Source: Candidatus Aminicenantes bacterium
Lineage (GTDB): Bacteria > Acidobacteriota > Aminicenantia > Aminicenantales > JAFGBC01
Assembly: GCA_022867325.1 (NCBI GenBank)
Contig: JALHUR010000013.1
Coordinates: 1-38,058 of the forward strand
Direction: 5' to 3'
DNA: 38,058 nucleotides
Part shown: positions 9,730 to 22,639 of the stretch, piece after piece
Layout of the letters: each line of letters begins with the position of its first letter
Numbering within the stretch: the stretch's first letter is position 1
Notes under the pieces: model-generated
Databases searched by the model: none
Told to the model about the DNA's origin: nothing
What the model saw: the letters and a program-made list of their open reading frames with translations, nothing else
Made by a program: the position numbers and the translations under genes

Positions 9730-9879
9730 GGGCCTCGCTTCCTTTGCTAAAAGCTTAATTCATCCTTCTCAATTAAGCTAATGAAATTTCCAGCCGAATA
9801 GTATTTCCGCAGGAAAGGGCGCCGGCAAAAAAAAGGGACACGGGCCGGGATGAACCGCCCGGCCTCCGCCGACCGCGGC

Positions 9880-9908
9880 TTGACAGATACATAACGCCCC
9901 CCTATCAT
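9880..9908 (+). promoter_or_regulatory. Sigma70-type promoter
   Basis: TTGACA-17 nt-TATCAT, about 20 nt upstream of the 9928 CDS. Confidence 0.65.
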
Positions 9909-9927
9909 TTCCGATGGGCGTGGGAGA

Positions 9928-10725
9928 ATGGCGCGCGGTCTCGCCGGAAAGGTCTTCATCCTGGTCGCGGCGGTCTGCGTGTCCTCCCTCCGGCTCACTC
10001 CCCATCCACCCGCCGACCAGCCGAGGCTGGCCGCGATCCTGAAAAAATCGGAAGATTACTGCCGGCGCCTGGATGGGGCCGCGCTCGACTTCGTCTGCCT
10101 TGAGGAAGTGACGGAGATGTCGCGCTATTTCTCCCCCCATACCGACGTCTATCTCTACGACTATCAATTCATCCGGAAGAATAGGGCGGCCCAGGAGAAA
10201 AGAAGCCTTTTAGCGGTCAACGGAAAGAAGGCGGATATCCGGGACTCCACCCTGAAAACGACCATGTTCCGGTACGAGAATGTCTTCTTCGGGCCGATCG
10301 GGCTGCTGAGCGAATCCTGGCAAGCTTATCTTGACTATCGAATTGTCGGGGAAGAGATCCTCAACAAGGAAAAGGCGGTGGTGATCGAGGCGATGCCGGG
10401 GCCTCGGCTTAATGAGCCGCATCCTTGGGGGAGGGTCTGGATTAAGGAGGACGACGGCAGCGTCCTGAAGATCGTTTGGGACCAAAAGTCGCTCGGGAAC
10501 TTCCAGAGCTTTGAAGAGTGGGCCAAGGCCCACAACGCCGTACCCCAGGTCACGGCTTTTTCCGAATACGACTTCGAGAAAAACGGGCTGCGTTTTCCCA
10601 GCCGGAATTTCAGCGAGCAGGCCTATGTCGATGAAGACGGACAAAAATTCGTAAACGCCCAAATCTCAGTCATCTATAAGAACTATAAATATTTCACGGT
10701 CGAAACCGAGATCAAGTACGAATAG
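9928..10725 (+). CDS. Exported hypothetical protein, beta-rich (possibly LolA/RseB-like fold)
   Basis: 265-aa ORF with signal peptide, promoter and GGGAGA RBS. The fold is a guess from the ...GRVWIKEDDGSVLKIVW pattern. Confidence 0.7.
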   Translation: MARGLAGKVFILVAAVCVSSLRLTPHPPADQPRLAAILKKSEDYCRRLDGAALDFVCLEEVTEMSRYFSPHTDVYLYDYQFIRKNRAAQEKRSLLAVNGKKADIRDSTLKTTMFRYENVFFGPIGLLSESWQAYLDYRIVGEEILNKEKAVVIEAMPGPRLNEPHPWGRVWIKEDDGSVLKIVWDQKSLGNFQSFEEWAKAHNAVPQVTAFSEYDFEKNGLRFPSRNFSEQAYVDEDGQKFVNAQISVIYKNYKYFTVETEIKYE

Positions 10726-10745
10726 AAGACGAATTCCGGCCGCGT

Positions 10746-13346
10746 TCAGATCTGCGGATAGAGGAGTGCGTTGAGCAGGAACTTGTAGGTCCCGTGCGAC
10801 TGAGCCCGGCTCTGGGAGACGATCCCGATCAGGATGATGCGGCCCTTTTTGTATTGGAAGTCGACGACAGCCGCCTTGCGGGCGATGACGTCCTCTCCCA
10901 GCAGCCAGCCGCTCATCAGCACGCCCTCCTCCGGATAGCCGGCCACGACCTTGCGGTCCCACTCGTTGGGGGGGACCCGGGTCTCGTAGCCCGGGCTGTC
11001 CGAGAATACGGCCGGCGTCGTCTTGGGGAGCCCGTAGCCGATCGGCGTCGTGTTGTCGACTTCGAGCTTGAGGATCGACATCGGACAGAAGAACTTGGAG
11101 GATTCGACCTTGTCCAACCCGTCGCGGGCCGGGACCTGGAGCTCTTTGATGGCGAACTGGCCGGCCCCGTTGAGGGCCACCAGGATGCCGCCCTCTTCGA
11201 CGAAGGCTTTGAGGGCATCGACGCCGGCCTGCTCGATCCCGCCCTCGTACTCGGGGGGCATCGGGGTGATCCAGCGGGCGAACGGAGAGTTGGGGTCGGG
11301 TTTTCCGCTCTTGATGATGTCCGCGTTCTCATCGGGGAAAACGATGACGTCGTAGTTCGCCTTGAGGTCGAGCTTCTTTCCTTTCTCGACCTTGAAGTCC
11401 TTGTTGTGGATGGTTGTAAAGGGAATGCCCAGGTCATCGAAGACGAAGCGCGTCCAACCCTCGTCCATGTTGGACTTCCAGGACTGGTACAGGCCGACCC
11501 GGTTGAACTTGAGCGGGGCCTTGTCGATATCGGCCGTATCGTCGAGGTCGAGGACGGCCATGATGTATTTCGAGGCCAATCCGGGCAGGGCCTTTTTGAC
11601 CTCGGGCGTGTTCTTGACGATAAAGCTCCCGGCCGGGATGTCGATTCCTTTGCGGGTGACGACCGCCTTGGTCCGGTAAACCTCGGCTTTATCTTTGAGC
11701 AGGGCGAAAACCATCGGGTAGGCGGCGTTCGGCCGGCAGTCGAGGGCGAACCAGGCCGCGGCGCCCAGTTCGGGGGGCGGCTGGGGATATTCGACCTTGG
11801 CGATTTTCTCCAACTTGGCCTTGAAGGCGCCCTCGATCCGGTCGCAGGCGACGCCCATCTGGAGCGGCAGCGTCCAGCCCGCGTTGTCGTAGGGCGGAAC
11901 GGGCGGGCCGCCGGGATACTCCCGGAGGTCAGGGTATTTCTGCTTGTCGAGGAGGGCCCAGGCGTAAGGCTTGAAGGGTTGGGCCATCCTGACCACATAG
12001 GAGCCGGCCGGGTAGAGCTTGCCGTCGGCGAGGAAATCGGCCGCGGCCCGCTCGACCTCGACGCCGCCGAACATGAGGACGTCGATCATCTTGAGCATGG
12101 TCAGGTAATCGTGCTGGCGCGAGGGGATGACGAAGGCGTAGGGCTGGTTCTTGTCCTGGGTCTCGATGCTGGTCTTGGACATGAGGTAGGAATTGAACAG
12201 GAAGTCCTCTTTGCGGAGAAAGGCCGTGTTGACCAGGCTCATCGACAGGATGAGCTCGTACTCGACCAGGTCGCGGAGCCGCCACCAGCCGCCCGGCCAG
12301 GGGTCGGGGAACTCCATCCGCTTTTCGGCGTAGGATTTCTGCACCTCGCCCGGCTCGATGTTGATGGGTGTCGCGCCGCGGACCGAGGCCATCTCGCTCA
12401 GGAGCCCGACCGTGTTATGGAGCCAGCTCGTGTCGTCGCAAGCGCCGATCCACCAGCCCGTGAAGCTCCGGCCGTGGACGACCCCGCTCTTGCCGTTGGC
12501 CTGTAGGTCGTAGGCCATGGCGGCGCCGCACAGGTTGACGCCCCGCCAGAGAAGGGGCTGGACGTTGGGGATGGGCGGGTCCATGAAGGGCGGGATGAAC
12601 AGGCGCGCGCCGTTCGAGCCCATCTGGTGCTCGTCGATGTGGATCTGGGGGAACCAGTCGTGGTAGAGGACCTTGGTCACGGCCCGCGTCTCGGGGAGGT
12701 TGAACATGAACCAGTCGCGGTTGTTGTCGTGGCCGGCGTAGACATGGTAAAGCCAGGGCATGTTGCCGCCCTCGAACTTGGTCCCCAGGTACTTCCGGTA
12801 CCATTCGACGACCATCTGGTTGCCGTCCGGATTGTGGGTCGGGACGAGGAGGACGATGACGTCTTTGAGGACGGCGGCGGCGTCGAAGGGCGTTTTACCG
12901 ACGACGAGGTCGTAGGCGAACTCCATCGACATCTGGGAGGCCGCGACCTCGGAGGCGTGGAGGCTGCAGGTGATGAGGACGATGACCTTGCCCTCGCCGG
13001 CCAACTTGCGGGCGTCGTCGGCCGAGAGGCCGCGCGAGTCTTTAAGCTTGCGGGCGATTTCGCGATAGGCGTCGAGCTTGGCCATATTCTGTTCGGCCGT
13101 GATCACGGCCATGATGATAGGCCTTTTCTGGACGGATTCGCCGATCGTGAAAAGCGTGAGCTTGGGCGACTCCTGGTCCAGCTTCTCGAAGTAGGCTTTG
13201 ATCTGGTTGTAGTCGGCGAGCTTGCGGTCGGCGCCGACCTGGTGGCCCAAGAACTGGTCGGGAGGAGTCTGGGCGGATGCCGCGAAGGGCACGAGAAGCG
13301 ATAAAACAAGGATGAAGGCTTTCAGGGATGGGGAAGAAATTCTCAT
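10746..13346 (-). CDS. M14 family zinc carboxypeptidase with C-terminal glutamine-amidotransferase-like domain
   Basis: Signal peptide, HASE (HxxE), NPDG, HDNNRDW, DEHQMG, MDEGWTRFVFD. GAGGAGG RBS. Confidence 0.9.
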   Translation of the reverse strand: MRISSPSLKAFILVLSLLVPFAASAQTPPDQFLGHQVGADRKLADYNQIKAYFEKLDQESPKLTLFTIGESVQKRPIIMAVITAEQNMAKLDAYREIARKLKDSRGLSADDARKLAGEGKVIVLITCSLHASEVAASQMSMEFAYDLVVGKTPFDAAAVLKDVIVLLVPTHNPDGNQMVVEWYRKYLGTKFEGGNMPWLYHVYAGHDNNRDWFMFNLPETRAVTKVLYHDWFPQIHIDEHQMGSNGARLFIPPFMDPPIPNVQPLLWRGVNLCGAAMAYDLQANGKSGVVHGRSFTGWWIGACDDTSWLHNTVGLLSEMASVRGATPINIEPGEVQKSYAEKRMEFPDPWPGGWWRLRDLVEYELILSMSLVNTAFLRKEDFLFNSYLMSKTSIETQDKNQPYAFVIPSRQHDYLTMLKMIDVLMFGGVEVERAAADFLADGKLYPAGSYVVRMAQPFKPYAWALLDKQKYPDLREYPGGPPVPPYDNAGWTLPLQMGVACDRIEGAFKAKLEKIAKVEYPQPPPELGAAAWFALDCRPNAAYPMVFALLKDKAEVYRTKAVVTRKGIDIPAGSFIVKNTPEVKKALPGLASKYIMAVLDLDDTADIDKAPLKFNRVGLYQSWKSNMDEGWTRFVFDDLGIPFTTIHNKDFKVEKGKKLDLKANYDVIVFPDENADIIKSGKPDPNSPFARWITPMPPEYEGGIEQAGVDALKAFVEEGGILVALNGAGQFAIKELQVPARDGLDKVESSKFFCPMSILKLEVDNTTPIGYGLPKTTPAVFSDSPGYETRVPPNEWDRKVVAGYPEEGVLMSGWLLGEDVIARKAAVVDFQYKKGRIILIGIVSQSRAQSHGTYKFLLNALLYPQI

Positions 13347-13393
13347 GAAGACCTCCTCGTGATCGAAAAGTCGGGGTTCATGCGCAAGACCTC

Positions 13394-13422
13394 TTTCTAC
13401 ACCCGGGAAGGCGCCCTGTCAA
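13394..13422 (-). promoter_or_regulatory. Sigma70-type promoter for the M14 peptidase
   Basis: Minus-strand TTGACA-17 nt-TAGAAA. Confidence 0.5.
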
Positions 13423-13434
13423 GGCCGGAAAGTC

Positions 13435-13477
13435 GGGGTCAAACCTGCACTTTGTGACAAAGTGCAGGTTTGACCCC
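13435..13477. repeat. REP-like perfect palindrome (copy A)
   Basis: GGGGTCAAACCTGCACTTTGT-G-ACAAAGTGCAGGTTTGACCCC, 21-bp perfect arms. Confidence 0.9.
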
Positions 13478-13624
13478 TTTGAGGTTGACTTTGATCATCG
13501 GCTGGAGTTATGGTTTTATTAGTGGAGGGCAATACAAATTCCGGGTTCAAGGGAAGTCCAACATGGCTTTCCCCGGGGTTTAACATGATCCGGAGGGCCG
13601 GAGCGCTTTTTTAAGGAGGGAACC

Positions 13625-13879
13625 ATGGACACTTGCATCGGTCAGGTAACCCACTTTTTTAATCACCTCGGCGTCGCCGTCTTGCAGCTCAGCGGCGAGC
13701 TGAAAGTCGGCGAGACCATTAAGATCGTAGGGCATTCCAAGGAATTCACACAGCCGGTCTCTTCCCTCGAGGTTGAACACCGGAAGGTCGAGTCGGCCGG
13801 GCCGGGGATGGAAGTGGCCATGAAAGTGGCCGAGCCCGTTCATAAAGGCGACAAGGTGTTCAAAGTCTCTCCGCAATAA
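13625..13879 (+). CDS. Small translation-elongation-factor-like beta-barrel protein (EF-Tu domain II / U32 C-terminal-like)
   Basis: IGQVTHFF..LGVAV..L...LKVGETIKI.G....F.Q.V.SLE.....V..A..G..VA.KV..PV..GDKVFKV pattern. Strong AAGGAGG RBS. Confidence 0.85.
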   Translation: MDTCIGQVTHFFNHLGVAVLQLSGELKVGETIKIVGHSKEFTQPVSSLEVEHRKVESAGPGMEVAMKVAEPVHKGDKVFKVSPQ

Positions 13880-13890
13880 AGATCGGTAAA

Positions 13891-14081
13891 GATCGGGGTC
13901 AAACCTACACTTTTGCCTTTAGTGCAAATTGACCCGTTCGCCGACGCTAAGCCCCGCCTTTAAAGGCGGGGACGAGAAGCGAGGCTCAGGGTTAACCCTG
14001 AGCAAGCCCCGGCATTCATGCCGGGGAGTCGATGGGTTGACTTTTTGCACTTTGTGACAAAGTGTAGGTTTGACCCCGATC
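13891..14081. repeat. REP-like palindrome (copy B) interrupted by a 108-nt element
   Basis: 23-bp perfect outer arms GATCGGGGTCAAACCTACACTTT (13891-13913) and AAAGTGTAGGTTTGACCCCGATC (14059-14081). Same family as copy A. Confidence 0.88.
13934..14041 (+). mobile_element. 108-nt non-autonomous multi-hairpin element (IS200/IS605-end-like, PATE/MITE), copy 1
   Basis: Follows TTGAC and ends in TTGAC. Hairpins: CCCCGCC-TTTAAA-GGCGGGG, GCTCAGGGTTAACCCTGAGC, CCCCGGC-ATTCAT-GCCGGGG. 102/108 identical to copy 2 in an unrelated context. Confidence 0.85.
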
Positions 14082-14232
14082 GCTAGTGGGCGGCGATGCC
14101 GAGGGCGGCGATCGAGTTGCTGTCATGGACGCCGGCCGCGGGACTCCTCCCGTCTCCTCCTCCCGCATTTTGCCGCCGGTCGAATGAATTTCTCTTTTTT
14201 CAGGGCTTCTGCGGCACAGGGCTCCCGGGAAT

Positions 14233-14261
14233 TTGACAGGTATCGGCTATTCGCGTACCCT
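14233..14261 (+). promoter_or_regulatory. Possible sigma70-type promoter
   Basis: TTGACA-17 nt-TACCCT upstream of 14291. Confidence 0.45.
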
Positions 14262-14290
14262 GTTTAAGGCGTTTTGAAAGGACGGAGATC

Positions 14291-15544
14291 ATGGACCGAC
14301 ATCGTCTCCCCAAGCCCGCGCTGGCCCTGATTGCGGCCGGATTCCTCTGCGCCGGGCTCGCCGGAGGGTTGGCCGGCCAGGAGCCGACGCAAGCCCAGGA
14401 TCGGGTGGGGCGGCTTTTCGCCGCGGCCGACGCGGCCTTCGATCAGGGCGATTTCGCGACCGCCCTCGAAAGCTACTTTGAAATCACGACCCTGGCCCTC
14501 GACCGCGCGGAGCTCGCCCGGGCCTCGGTCGGCCTGGCCATCAGCTATTTTTCGTTGAACGACCGCGTCGGCGCCTCCAAATGGCTCCGCCAGGCGCTTG
14601 TCTACGACCCCAAGAAAGAGCTTATCGACCGGATCTATCCCGAATCCTTCGTCCTTCTCTTCATGGAAATCCGCAAGGAAGGGACGGCCGCGGCCGAACC
14701 CGCCCCCCAGGAACCTCAGCCGGCGGCCCCGCCGGTCCAGGCCCCGGTCCGAGAGCCTCCCAAGCAGGAACCTCAGCCTCCCCCGCAAGAGCAACCGGCG
14801 GGCGGTTTCCGGCTGCTGGGCGAGACCGACTGGAAGGACAAATGGGAGATCGAAACCCATCTCTCCTCCTGGAACGTCAACCTGATCAAGGGTATCTTCG
14901 AATCCTTCGTCACCGACAACATGGCCGAGGAGATCCGGGACCAGGTCCTCGCTAAGCTCCGGAAATTCTACTCGCCTCTGTATCAAAGGGGGTATGAAGA
15001 AAACATCACCTTCGATTCGGACGGCTCAAACTACGGGTTCGGGGCCAGATACTATCCGAGAGGACGGGAAAGCGGTTTCAGCTTCGCCCTGTCCTTCGAG
15101 AAAACCCATATCAAGCTCATCATGGCCGGCCCGGTCAAGCAGACCTACGCTCCCGGCGGCTCCTCCCAGGTCAATTCGAACAGTACCATCGAGACGAGCC
15201 CGTTCTCGACGAACCTGAGCTTCCGCTGGGAGTTCATTCCCGCTTGGCGGGTGACGCCCTACTTTACCTGGGGCCTGGGGCTGGCCGCCCTGGACGGCGA
15301 GGTCAGCTACACCTGGCAGGGGACGGTCCAGTACTTGGGGCGGGAGGAGAGCATCGGGGACAGCATCGTCAAGACCTTTGCCGAAACCGAGGAAGAAAAC
15401 GACTTTAACATTCCCAACATCTTTGTCATCCTCCACTTTGGGTTCGGCGTCAAGGGCGAAATCGTCCCCGGGCTGTCCGGGATCGCCGAAGCGAGTTTCT
15501 GGGACGGGATCCTGTTACGGGCCGGAGTCGCCTATCGTTTTTAA
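14291..15544 (+). CDS. Exported protein: TPR-like domain, Pro/Gln/Glu linker, outer-membrane beta-barrel
   Basis: Signal peptide, helical TPR-like segment, EPAPQEPQP linker, amphipathic strands and a C-terminal AGVAYRF beta-signal. Confidence 0.75.
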   Translation: MDRHRLPKPALALIAAGFLCAGLAGGLAGQEPTQAQDRVGRLFAAADAAFDQGDFATALESYFEITTLALDRAELARASVGLAISYFSLNDRVGASKWLRQALVYDPKKELIDRIYPESFVLLFMEIRKEGTAAAEPAPQEPQPAAPPVQAPVREPPKQEPQPPPQEQPAGGFRLLGETDWKDKWEIETHLSSWNVNLIKGIFESFVTDNMAEEIRDQVLAKLRKFYSPLYQRGYEENITFDSDGSNYGFGARYYPRGRESGFSFALSFEKTHIKLIMAGPVKQTYAPGGSSQVNSNSTIETSPFSTNLSFRWEFIPAWRVTPYFTWGLGLAALDGEVSYTWQGTVQYLGREESIGDSIVKTFAETEEENDFNIPNIFVILHFGFGVKGEIVPGLSGIAEASFWDGILLRAGVAYRF

Positions 15545-15562
15545 GATAACCGAGGAATATAA

Positions 15563-15835
<273 letters not shown>

Positions 15836-15870
15836 TTTTTTAAGACTTTGGAGATTCTGAGGAGGATGTC

Positions 15871-19888
<4,018 letters not shown>

Positions 19889-19977
19889 TTATATTCTCAA
19901 GAATCGCCCGTTAAGTAAAGTCCATCCATCTTGCCCCGAGCGAGGCCGGTCTCAAACAGGATTCTGCTCGGCCGGAC

Positions 19978-20028
19978 ACCATGCCCACGATGCTCCGGGT
20001 CTTTTTCTAGGACAACCGCAAGCTCCTC
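19978..20028 (+). pseudogene. IS91-family transposase relic
   Basis: Translates TMPTMLRVFF*DNRKLL, resembling the FT(I/L)PK.LR.FF...RKLL motif after the Zn-binding domain. Contains an in-frame stop. Confidence 0.45.
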
Positions 20029-20088
20029 CCTATTGTCGAGGATGAGTTCCCTAGCCTAATAGAGCGGACTTCCGGGCCGGCCGTCGCG

Positions 20089-20117
20089 TTGACAAGCCCT
20101 TTGCCCGGTGCTATGTT
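20089..20117 (+). promoter_or_regulatory. Sigma70-type promoter for the kinase gene
   Basis: TTGACA-17 nt-TATGTT with an extended TG. Confidence 0.6.
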
Positions 20118-20143
20118 TAAGGCCAACGGGGAGGAAGGGACTG

Positions 20144-22639
20144 ATGTCCATCGAATGTCCGAAGTGTCATTCCGAGAATATTGACACGTCAAGATTCTGC
20201 AGCAGTTGCGCCGCACCTTTGGGCCAGGCCGCCGCGCCCCTCGTCTCCCTGACGAAGACCCTGGCGATACCTCTTCCTGTTTTATCCAAGGACATCCTCA
20301 TCGCCGGGAAGTACCGCATCGTGGAAGAGATCGGTCGCGGCGGGATGGGCATTGTCTACAAGGCCGAGGACATCAAGCTTAAGCGCTGTATCGCCCTGAA
20401 ATTTCTCCCGCCTCATCTCATGAGCTCGCCCGAGTTCAAGGAGCGTTTTCTCATCGAAGCCCAGGCGGCCGCGGCTCTGTCCCATCCGAACATCTGCGTC
20501 ATCCATGAAGTCGGGGAGAGCGAAGAACGCCCCTACATCGCCATGGAATATGTGGAAGGGGAGACCCTCCGGGACAAGATCAAGAAAGGGCCGTTAAGGA
20601 CTGAAGAGGGTCTGGATATTACCATCCAGGTCGCCGCCGGTCTGGGCGAAGCCCACCACAAGGGCATCATCCACCGGGACATCAAGAGCGCGAACATCAT
20701 GGTCACGAATAAAGGCCAAGCCAAGGTCATGGACTTCGGGCTGGCCAAGCTTCGGAGTGGGAGCTCGCTGACAAAGAGCCAGACGACGCTGGGCACGGTC
20801 GCCTACATGTCCCCCGAGCAGGCGCGAGGCGGCGATTTGGATCAGCGGACGGACATCTGGTCGCTGGGCGTCGTTCTTTACGAAATGCTATCGGGAAAGC
20901 CGCCTTTCCGGGGAGATCACGACCAGGCCGTGATTTACTCTATCCTCCATGAGGAACCGGAGGCCCTGACCAAGGCCCGTTCCAACGCTCCGTCCGGGCT
21001 GGAGCAGATCGTCGGTCAGGCTTTGGTCAAGAACCCTGCCCATCGCTACCGGACCATGGAGGAATTCCGCGAAGACCTCGAGGCCGTCGCCGAAGGTCTC
21101 AAACCCCGCATAGCTAGGCCGCAGTGGATCAGGGCCAAGATACTCGGGATCAGAAAGGCTTATCTCTATGCCGCGGCCGCCGTGCTGGCGGTTCTTGTGG
21201 GTCTCAATGTGGGTGGGGTGCGCGACCTCCTCCTGGGGAATCCGAAGGGAACCATCATCCGTTCGCTGGCCGTTTTGCCCCTGGAGAATCTCTCGGGCGA
21301 CAAGGAACAAGAATATTTCGCCGATGGCATGACCGAAGAATTGATCACCACCCTGGCCAAGATGGGATCGCTCCGCCTGATCTCGCGGACCTCGATGATG
21401 CAGTACAAGGGTACCCAGAAGCCCTTGCCTCAGATCGCCAGGGAATTGAATGTCGAGGCTGTGATTGAAGGTTCGGTGATGCTCGAGGGCGGCCGGATGC
21501 GCATCACGGCGCAGCTCATCCAAGCCTCGTCGGACCGGCACCTTTGGGCCGAGAGCTACGAACGCGACTTGAGCAGCGTGCTAGCGTTGCAGAACGAAAT
21601 CGCGGGTGAGATTGCCGAGAAGGTCCATGCGGTGCTGACCCCAGCCGAGCAGGCCCGGCTGGCCGCGGCCCGGCCGGTCAATCCCGAGGCGTATGAAGCC
21701 TATCTGAAGGGAAAATTCTATTTGAACAAGATGACGCCGGAAGGATACGAGAAGGGCCTAGCCTACCTCAATCAGGCCATCGAAAAAGACCCGACCAACC
21801 CCATGCCTCATGCCGCGCTGGCGCTGGCGTACAGCATCATCGGCCACGAAAGGTTTCCCGATGCCCTTGCTCTGGCCAAAGCGGCCGCGCGCAAGGCAGA
21901 AGAGTTGGGCGGCGACCCTCCGGCGGAGATGTTACTGGCCTTCGGCATGACCAAACTCTATTCCGATTGGGATTACGAGGGGGCGGGCAAAGATCTGAAA
22001 CGCGCCATCGAACTGAACTCGAGTCTCGGCGAGGCCCATAGAGATTACTCGTGGTATCTCTTCCTCCCCGGCCGGCGGGATGAAGCCCTGGCGGAAATGA
22101 AACGGGCACAAGAGGTTGAGCCGCTCAATCCCCTGTTCTACGCCGATCGGGGCTGGCAATATTGGTGGGCGGGGCAGATTGACAAAGGGATAGAGGAGGC
22201 CCAAAAAGCGCTCGAGCTGGATCCTAATTTCAATGAGGCGCTCTGTCCCCTTGGATCGATGTATGCTGAAAAGGGGATGTTCGCCGAAGCCATTGCCACC
22301 CACCGGAAGCTCGCCGAGGTGGATCCTGCCTGGAGGTGGTCTCTGGTCACGACCCTTGCGCAGTCGGGCCCTGCTAGCGAGGCGCGCCAGACGCTGGCCA
22401 AGTTCTTCAAAGAGAAACCCGAGGCCACGGGCGCCTGGGCGGGATGGTTTCTGGCTGAAGCTTATGCAGCCCTCGGGGAAAAGGATGAAGCTTTTCGCTG
22501 GCTAGAAGCGGCTTACCAGGAGCGCCATAGCTTCCTTCCGTGGATCAATGACAATCCCGCTTACGCGCCTTTACGCTCGGACCCGCGTTTCCAGGACCTG
22601 CGGCGCCGGATGGGCCTCCCCGTAGAAGAAAGGAAATAG
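20144..22639 (+). CDS. Hanks-type Ser/Thr kinase with Zn ribbon, TM segment, TolB-like and TPR domains
   Basis: CPKC..CSSC, GRGGMGIVYKA, ALK, HRDIKSAN, DFG, YMSPEQ, SLAVLPLENLSGDKEQEYFADGMTEELI, TPR repeats. GAGGAAGG RBS before ATG 20144. Confidence 0.93.
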   Translation: MSIECPKCHSENIDTSRFCSSCAAPLGQAAAPLVSLTKTLAIPLPVLSKDILIAGKYRIVEEIGRGGMGIVYKAEDIKLKRCIALKFLPPHLMSSPEFKERFLIEAQAAAALSHPNICVIHEVGESEERPYIAMEYVEGETLRDKIKKGPLRTEEGLDITIQVAAGLGEAHHKGIIHRDIKSANIMVTNKGQAKVMDFGLAKLRSGSSLTKSQTTLGTVAYMSPEQARGGDLDQRTDIWSLGVVLYEMLSGKPPFRGDHDQAVIYSILHEEPEALTKARSNAPSGLEQIVGQALVKNPAHRYRTMEEFREDLEAVAEGLKPRIARPQWIRAKILGIRKAYLYAAAAVLAVLVGLNVGGVRDLLLGNPKGTIIRSLAVLPLENLSGDKEQEYFADGMTEELITTLAKMGSLRLISRTSMMQYKGTQKPLPQIARELNVEAVIEGSVMLEGGRMRITAQLIQASSDRHLWAESYERDLSSVLALQNEIAGEIAEKVHAVLTPAEQARLAAARPVNPEAYEAYLKGKFYLNKMTPEGYEKGLAYLNQAIEKDPTNPMPHAALALAYSIIGHERFPDALALAKAAARKAEELGGDPPAEMLLAFGMTKLYSDWDYEGAGKDLKRAIELNSSLGEAHRDYSWYLFLPGRRDEALAEMKRAQEVEPLNPLFYADRGWQYWWAGQIDKGIEEAQKALELDPNFNEALCPLGSMYAEKGMFAEAIATHRKLAEVDPAWRWSLVTTLAQSGPASEARQTLAKFFKEKPEATGAWAGWFLAEAYAALGEKDEAFRWLEAAYQERHSFLPWINDNPAYAPLRSDPRFQDLRRRMGLPVEERK

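Noticed and set aside
13435-14081. CRISPR array
   Set aside because: The palindromes are not regularly spaced direct repeats with unique spacers, and there are no cas genes.
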